From Erysipelotrichaceae bacterium OH741_COT-311 (GTDB lineage: Bacteria > Bacillota_I > Bacilli_A > Erysipelotrichales > Erysipelotrichaceae): a stretch of DNA of 32,000 nt. The notes under the pieces are model-generated. The model worked only from the letters and a program-made list of their open reading frames with translations. It was not told the DNA's origin and ran no database searches. The translations under genes were made by a program, and so were the position numbers. Numbering within the stretch: position 1 is the stretch's first letter; the number at the start of each line of letters is the position of its first letter. Positions 26,271 through 32,000 of this stretch are shown piece after piece. Location: contig RQZE01000006.1 in assembly GCA_003858585.1 (NCBI GenBank), positions 60,001 through 92,000 on the forward strand. The letters are read 5' to 3'.

Positions 26271-26432
26271 ATGAAGCCAATTGATATCATTATTCTTGTT
26301 GTAATAGGAGTACTTATTGTACTAAGTATACGATTTCTTAAGAAATCAAAAGGGTGTGCTGGATGTGGATGCAGCTGCCAATGTAAAGAAGATAGTAAGT
26401 CTAATATTAAAAAAGCTTACTATCATGAGTGA
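26271..26432 (+). CDS. FeoB-associated Cys-rich membrane protein (53 aa), not in the supplied ORF track
   Basis: ATG abuts the feoB TAA. Translation: MKPIDIIILVVIGVLIVLSIRFLKKSKGCAGCGCSCQCKEDSKSNIKKAYYHE. One TM helix followed by a CxxCxCxCxC cluster. Stop TGA at 26430-26432. Confidence 0.8.
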   Translation: MKPIDIIILVVIGVLIVLSIRFLKKSKGCAGCGCSCQCKEDSKSNIKKAYYHE

Positions 26433-26490
26433 GTTATATACCTTAATTGTTCAATTAAGTTATATATATAATCTTCCCCTTATTGTCAAG

Positions 26491-26520
26491 AAAAACCAAG
26501 ATGCGCAGATCTTGGTTTTT
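26491..26520. terminator. Bidirectional terminator between feo and addA
   Basis: aaaaaccaagat (26491-26502) / atcttggttttt (26509-26520), 12-bp perfect stem, 6-nt loop, A-run and T-run on the flanks. Confidence 0.85.
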
Positions 26521-26523
26521 CCT

Positions 26524-29500
26524 TTATACAGCAATAAATTCTTCTAAGTAGAAGGAATAGATATAACTTTCTACCGGTTTCTTATAAATCATAGATAAGA
26601 CTTTTTTATAAGTTTGTATTTGACTTTGATAGCGTTGTAATAAGATATCTTTGGTAACATCACTATCTGTTTTATGATCGATTAAAGTAATGGTATCTCC
26701 AATAGCGATGTAGTCCATATAACCATGAATAAGATTACCTTCTAATTTACAATAAAATGGAAATTCTTTGATGATGGTTTTTGCGTGTGTGCTTGTCGTA
26801 ATTGGATGCATCGAAAAACGAATGAGTTTTTCAATTTGTGTAGGTGTAAAATTAAAGTTTAAAGACTCAATCATTTCTTTTGTGTAAACTTGATTTGGAA
26901 GTAATTCAATGGCTTTGTGTATCATGCTACCTACTTTAAAACCAACTTGTTCTTTTAAATTTAATGTTAAATCAAATTGATCAAGGGATGATGGGGCAAG
27001 GCGTTGTGTTTTTTGATTGGCTTGGATTGGATACTTATCAATTGTGTGATATTCCGTGTCTTCATATCCTGTTTCAGGAAAATCAATGTCATCAATCATT
27101 GTGATTTTACAGAGTTCATTTAAAGGTGTTTTATCAAGGATAGCTTTACTAATGGCATTTGTTTCTTCTGTAGTACTTAACAATCCTCGATAGATTAATG
27201 TTGTAAAGCCCTTTTTAGCTTGAATTAAATCCATGGTTAGTGGATAGTATGCAATATCATTATCAATAAGATCTAAAATGAGTAAGCGATGTTTTGCTCG
27301 TGTTAGGGCAACATAAAGAATTCTTAAATATTCTTGATATTCTTCAAGGTTACTACGGTGTATAATGGCTCTTCTTAACAGATGATCCATTTTATATGTG
27401 TAGCTTTCATCATAGTGACTTAATGCGACTCCCAGTTCTTCATCAACAAGGACTTTGGATAGGATATCATAGTTATTATTTTTGGTTGTACTATATAGAA
27501 ATACACAGCCAAATTGTAGCCCTTTTGAATGATGAATGGTCATGACATTCACAACATCATCTTCGTTGTTAATGTAGCTTGCGCTGGCTCCGCCTTCTTT
27601 GCTGGCTTCTTCAAAATAGGCTAAGAAGTTAAAGATAGAATCATGAATGTATTGACTTGCCATAGATAACAGGACATCAATATTACTCTTTTCTTGGATG
27701 GTTAATGCAGTATTATAGTAATCATTGATTGATAGTATGAATCCGATAACTTTCACTAAATCTTTTTCTTTTACTAGTTCTTTTAAGTATTGATAATCTT
27801 GATAGATTTTTTCATTTCTAAAGCGATCAATGGAAAAACTGCGGTATTTCATTTTTGCTAAGTCATCTTCTGAATAATTGTATAATGGAGATGTTAAAAG
27901 AGAAACAAGAGCAATTTCATCATTGGAATCTACTAGTAACCTTAAATAACTAATAATGGTTAACACACTGGCACATTGTAAATATCCATTGTTTTCATCG
28001 ATGTAACATGGAATGTTATAGTGTTTAAATAAGCGTTTAAACAAGGTTTTATCCGCATGTCCACGCAATAAAATACAGAAGTCTTTCCAACGATAATTTA
28101 ACGTGTTGATATGATCTTGTAGATATTGATATTCTTTTGTGTCTGGTTCAAATAAGGCTAAATCTTGTTTTAATGATAAGTAGGTTTGATAATCTTGTTT
28201 CTTAATTTCTTTTATTTTATTAATGATTAAGAAGATTTTAGCTTCTTTATTTTCAATACTTTCTTCTTCTTTTTCTTTTTTCTCTAATGAGCTATGATGT
28301 GTTTTGTCTTTTTGTAATAGTAGAAATTCCACCGGTTTTTGGTTAACTGCTTGTTGAGGAAGTTCTGCAATTTGGCAGTCTAATTGATTGTATTGGATGG
28401 ATAATCCTTCAATGTTGAGTAGTTGAGAAAATAAGAGATTATTAAAGTCTACAATGCGTTTATTGGAACGATAATTGTTTCGTATAAAGATAGGTTCAAT
28501 ATCCTTGTTTGTTAATAGGGTTTGCATGATGCTTGGTTTGGCACCACGGAATTTATAGATGGATTGCTTTACATCACCAACACGAAAAATATTATTGTTT
28601 CCAACAAGGTTGATAATAGCATCTTGTACGTGGTTGGTATCTTGAAATTCATCGACCATGACCTCTTTGAATTTGTTTTTATAGTAGTTACTTACTTGAT
28701 AGTCATTGGCAATTAAGACTTTATAACATAAATGTTCCATATCATCAAAGTCAATGCCTTTGGCTTGTCGTTTTAGCTGTTGGTAGTGATCATCTACAAG
28801 TCGTGCTAAAGAGGTAAGATAACGATTGTAAGGAATGCTGGTATTATAGATTTTAACAATCATATCTTCATCTTGGATACTAGCTACGATGTCTTTGATG
28901 ATACGCATCACGATATCTCTTTGTTTTTTATAGTCGGCTTTTCCTCTTAAGGCAGGAATTTTAAAAGATAGATGTGATTTTAATTGATCGATATCTTGTT
29001 GGTAAGTATCAAGATGGATAGTGCATGTTTGTAAGGCTTGTAAGTGTGTGTCTATATCTTTCACATCTACGTTGTGATTGTTTAAAATATCTAGTAAACA
29101 GATAAGCTCAATGACTAGTTTTTTTATAGCACTATTTAAGTCGTTAATGTAAGGATCAATGATACCGGAATCCATCTCATGAATGTTATAAATGGTCTTG
29201 TATTTATAGATGATTTCTTTATACCAGGCCATTGGATCTAGGGTGTTTCGACTAACTTTAAAAATCGTTTCAATGCCTTCTTTTAATGGTTCTAGATGAT
29301 GCGTGTTTAGCTGCATGTAGTTACAAAGATCCATAAACGTATTAGTGTTGTAGGTCAATTCATCTTTGACGACCTTTAAAAAGGCTTCTTCTTTCAGTTT
29401 ATTTAAAACATGGGACTCCAGCGGTTTTAAACTGGAAGGATCAATATGAATGGAAGCATAGTGTTTCTTGATGATGTTTAAACAAAAGGCATGAATGGTT

Positions 29501-29799
29501 GAAATGTTGGCATTTTCCAACAACATTAATTGTTGATGACAGAATTGAAGTTCTTCTTCGGTTTTAGCTTCTTTTTTACGGGCATTTAATTTATAGGATA
29601 AGCGTTTTTTCATTTCGTTTGCAGCAGCTTCTGTAAAGGTTACGGCTACAATTTCATCCAGTGATAGATGATCAGTAAAAAGACGTTTTTCTAAACGTCC
29701 GATTAAGACGGTTGTTTTACCGGCTCCGGCGGAAGCAGAGACAACGATATTTTTATTGGTAAGTTCAATGGCTTTTTGTTGTTCTTGATTAAACTTCAT
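26524..29799 (-). CDS. addA: ATP-dependent helicase/nuclease subunit A (AddA/RexA)
   Basis: UvrD-type motifs (SASAGAGKT, DEFQDTN) and a C-terminal RecB-family nuclease motif (GYMDYIAI...LIDHKTD). Overlaps the addB stop by 11 nt. Confidence 0.92.
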   Translation of the reverse strand: MKFNQEQQKAIELTNKNIVVSASAGAGKTTVLIGRLEKRLFTDHLSLDEIVAVTFTEAAANEMKKRLSYKLNARKKEAKTEEELQFCHQQLMLLENANISTIHAFCLNIIKKHYASIHIDPSSLKPLESHVLNKLKEEAFLKVVKDELTYNTNTFMDLCNYMQLNTHHLEPLKEGIETIFKVSRNTLDPMAWYKEIIYKYKTIYNIHEMDSGIIDPYINDLNSAIKKLVIELICLLDILNNHNVDVKDIDTHLQALQTCTIHLDTYQQDIDQLKSHLSFKIPALRGKADYKKQRDIVMRIIKDIVASIQDEDMIVKIYNTSIPYNRYLTSLARLVDDHYQQLKRQAKGIDFDDMEHLCYKVLIANDYQVSNYYKNKFKEVMVDEFQDTNHVQDAIINLVGNNNIFRVGDVKQSIYKFRGAKPSIMQTLLTNKDIEPIFIRNNYRSNKRIVDFNNLLFSQLLNIEGLSIQYNQLDCQIAELPQQAVNQKPVEFLLLQKDKTHHSSLEKKEKEEESIENKEAKIFLIINKIKEIKKQDYQTYLSLKQDLALFEPDTKEYQYLQDHINTLNYRWKDFCILLRGHADKTLFKRLFKHYNIPCYIDENNGYLQCASVLTIISYLRLLVDSNDEIALVSLLTSPLYNYSEDDLAKMKYRSFSIDRFRNEKIYQDYQYLKELVKEKDLVKVIGFILSINDYYNTALTIQEKSNIDVLLSMASQYIHDSIFNFLAYFEEASKEGGASASYINNEDDVVNVMTIHHSKGLQFGCVFLYSTTKNNNYDILSKVLVDEELGVALSHYDESYTYKMDHLLRRAIIHRSNLEEYQEYLRILYVALTRAKHRLLILDLIDNDIAYYPLTMDLIQAKKGFTTLIYRGLLSTTEETNAISKAILDKTPLNELCKITMIDDIDFPETGYEDTEYHTIDKYPIQANQKTQRLAPSSLDQFDLTLNLKEQVGFKVGSMIHKAIELLPNQVYTKEMIESLNFNFTPTQIEKLIRFSMHPITTSTHAKTIIKEFPFYCKLEGNLIHGYMDYIAIGDTITLIDHKTDSDVTKDILLQRYQSQIQTYKKVLSMIYKKPVESYIYSFYLEEFIAV

Positions 29800-32000
29800 A
29801 AATATCTTCCTCTTCCTCCTCGCTACTTATTATAAAGGCTTGTTTGAATATTGGATTTGGTTTTTCAGGTGGCTGAAAGTGACGACAAATACTCTTATAT
29901 GGGCAATGTGTACAAGCATTATCTACCGGTTTAACATCAATTTCACCCTGTAATAAAGAATCCATTAGATATTGATAGATGGTTGGTATTGCAAATTTAA
30001 TTACTTCAAAGTCCATGGATGTATATTTGCTTGTTGCAATGAGTGAACATTCTTGTTCATATTGTTTTTTATCAACATAAGTAAAACCGCTGACCTTATT
30101 TTTTTGAAAGCTAGGTGGATACTCCATCGTGTTTTTTTGAACCTTATCCTTACTATAAGTATAGGGTATATATTCAAATGTTTTTTTATTAAGGGCTAAA
30201 TAATAATTGCCGAATGCTTGTCTATAGTCTTTTAATGAGAGAATATAGCTGTAAGTTAATAATTGTAGTTGCAAACCGGCGTATACAAGCGAAGGAGATA
30301 GCTTTAAATTTGATGATTTGTAGTCAATGACACGATAAAAAGAGCTGTTATAGTCAATGCGGTCAATCTTACCTCTTAAGCGCAGATTAGCGTTTTCCAG
30401 TTTTAAAACCACGTTTTCAAAGGTATATTCTGCTTTCTTTGGTACCAGTTTTGAGGTTTGTTCAAAGGCATCTAAAAACAGAAAGACATTCTTAAGTAAA
30501 TGGTTTATTTGTTGTTGTACATATGGAATGAAATAATCATCTTTAGGAAGAATCTGTTTTAAGTCACTACAACATTGTTCAACAAGGACAAAGGCATGTT
30601 CCAAGTGTTTTGTATATTTTTGTTTGTAAGTGTTTGTTAAGTGTTCTAACACATAGTGCAAGATGGTGCCGATGATGCTGGAATCAATACGGAGATATTG
30701 TTTTTCTTTTAGTTTAAGTCCTTGACTTAAGTAGTATTTATAAGGACAGTGGAAGTATTGTTCAAAGGAAGAAATACTTCCATCCAAATAGAGTTTATCT
30801 TCTTCTTGTTTGAAGAAGAGCTCTTTGGCAGTCTCTTTGTTAAGGTAACGAAAGGAAACAGGGGAATTGTTATTTTGAATAATTGGATATTCTTGATTCT
30901 TTTTTATGCGTGTTTCAATGTGATAAGAAAGCTCGATGGCTTTTCCGGTGTAAGAGCTGATTGGGTAAAAGTAATAAATGGTTTTTCCACTATGAAAAAT
31001 CCACTCTAGGTTTTTCATGTGGAGTTGATAGCGTTGTTGATTATCAATAAATGGTGTTTTAGCTAAGTATTCTTCATTGAAGTAACCACTGTATTCTTTA
31101 TAAGCCGGATAGTGGTTTTGATCTAGACCAATGACATAACTCATCTTTCTGGCATCCACAGGATGATTTAAGTCGGTTACACAGATACAATTTGAATGGT
31201 CTTCATAAAGATGATAGTGATGATTATGCAAACGATAAATCAGTTGATCAGGTTGATTTAGTAATTCTAAATGCTGTTCAATGAATTGTTTGGTACGTTT
31301 TAATGGATGATATTTTTTTAGATATTCAAAACTTGCGGTTAGTGCATCTTCAAAAGATGAACTATTTAATATGTTTAATACATCTCTACGGAAACAAACA
31401 AAAGAAAATTCTGCTTCTTTTTCTAATTCGATGAGATCTTCATAAGGAAATAATGTTGTTTCAAGTTTTAAGGCTTGATAATGCATGAATGGTTTAAAAC
31501 AATCTTCAAAGTCTTTTACATAGTTTTTTAGATAGGTAATTAGAAAAGAGCTGGCTTTTAGGGTTTGATCCATACAGATTTTAAGGAGAGTAGTAAGATC
31601 TCTTGTTTGATATAGTTCTAATAGGTTAGCTAAGTGATAACTTCCCATATCTTTTTGTCTTAAAATGGTAAAACTATAGTCTAATTGATAACGATGAAAC
31701 ACTTCTTTGATAATGTTTTGATATTGGGTATCCGTAATAATCACATTTACATCATGAAGAGGATAGTCGTGTTTGATAATATCTTGAGCGATGCATTCTA
31801 CTTCATAGCGAGTGTTTACGGTGTGATACAATTTTTCTTTTGGTGTTTTATATTGTTTTAATTCAAGTAGGGTTGCCTGTTTTTCAACCAGAAAATCAAT
31901 GATCTTTTTTTGTAGAAAGGTAGGACTTGGATATAGAATTTCCACCTCTTGAAAATTATGATTTAAGCTTTTTTGGTAGTCTTTGTAGTTATCTTGAAGA
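29789..32000 (-). CDS. addB: ATP-dependent helicase/nuclease subunit B (AddB/RexB), 5' end beyond the window
   Basis: C-terminal nuclease and Fe-S cysteines are present (HCPYKYYL ... RGKIDRIDY...VIDYKSS ... CTHCPYKSIC). The reading frame stays open from 31945 up to base 32000 (..LQDNYKDYQKSLNHNFQEVEILYPS), so the ORF-track GTG start is an artefact of the window edge. Confidence 0.88.
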   Translation of the reverse strand, partial: LQDNYKDYQKSLNHNFQEVEILYPSPTFLQKKIIDFLVEKQATLLELKQYKTPKEKLYHTVNTRYEVECIAQDIIKHDYPLHDVNVIITDTQYQNIIKEVFHRYQLDYSFTILRQKDMGSYHLANLLELYQTRDLTTLLKICMDQTLKASSFLITYLKNYVKDFEDCFKPFMHYQALKLETTLFPYEDLIELEKEAEFSFVCFRRDVLNILNSSSFEDALTASFEYLKKYHPLKRTKQFIEQHLELLNQPDQLIYRLHNHHYHLYEDHSNCICVTDLNHPVDARKMSYVIGLDQNHYPAYKEYSGYFNEEYLAKTPFIDNQQRYQLHMKNLEWIFHSGKTIYYFYPISSYTGKAIELSYHIETRIKKNQEYPIIQNNNSPVSFRYLNKETAKELFFKQEEDKLYLDGSISSFEQYFHCPYKYYLSQGLKLKEKQYLRIDSSIIGTILHYVLEHLTNTYKQKYTKHLEHAFVLVEQCCSDLKQILPKDDYFIPYVQQQINHLLKNVFLFLDAFEQTSKLVPKKAEYTFENVVLKLENANLRLRGKIDRIDYNSSFYRVIDYKSSNLKLSPSLVYAGLQLQLLTYSYILSLKDYRQAFGNYYLALNKKTFEYIPYTYSKDKVQKNTMEYPPSFQKNKVSGFTYVDKKQYEQECSLIATSKYTSMDFEVIKFAIPTIYQYLMDSLLQGEIDVKPVDNACTHCPYKSICRHFQPPEKPNPIFKQAFIISSEEEEEDIYEV

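Noticed and set aside
26356-26547. Plus-strand ORF 26356..26547
   Set aside because: It is out of frame with the Cys-rich small ORF, crosses the bidirectional terminator and enters addA antisense. I treat it as spurious.
29789-31945. AddB appearing unusually short (718 aa) and lacking an N-terminal nucleotide-binding region
   Set aside because: This is an artefact. The frame has no stop between 31945 and base 32000, so the gene continues beyond the window.

Overview
Low-GC (about one third G+C) Firmicutes-type chromosome using the standard code (Trp = TGG; TGA, TAA and TAG all used as stops). There are two parts.

(A) ~1-5.8 kb is an accessory, decaying mobile-element remnant. It holds a KilA-N protein, a tandem CPBP/Abi-like membrane-protein pair, an N-terminally truncated Type I hsdM, an intact hsdS and a heavily broken MobA/MobL relaxase. 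No hsdR is present.

(B) ~6-32 kb is conserved housekeeping backbone:
- rapZ-yvcK-whiA
- a DUF2156 + GNAT pair
- a large lipoprotein
- gap
- a PH-domain membrane protein and a PP2C-like protein
- glmU-prs
- an OmpR-type two-component system plus a PepSY protein, divergent from mgtE
- feoA-feoA-feoB plus a small Cys-rich ORF missed by the ORF track
- addB-addA, with addB running off the window

I found no rRNA, tRNA, CRISPR array or recognisable riboswitch.

Best leads:
1. A perfect (AGAC)13.5 microsatellite sits exactly at the TRD1/TRD2 hinge of hsdS. It would act as a frame and spacer-length switch, and both off-frames stop at once.
2. Two pairs of 11-bp-phased TAAATGAAT direct repeats lie in the pepSY/mgtE divergent promoter region. 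mgtE has no M-box leader, and the PepSY protein has a poly-Asp/aromatic tail. Together these suggest a two-component-controlled cation module.
3. An 18-nt motif, GTTAGA-N4-ACTAACAG, is duplicated immediately before the feoA and feoB ribosome-binding sites.

I cannot show that any of these is a new system. They are sequence-level observations with stated tests.
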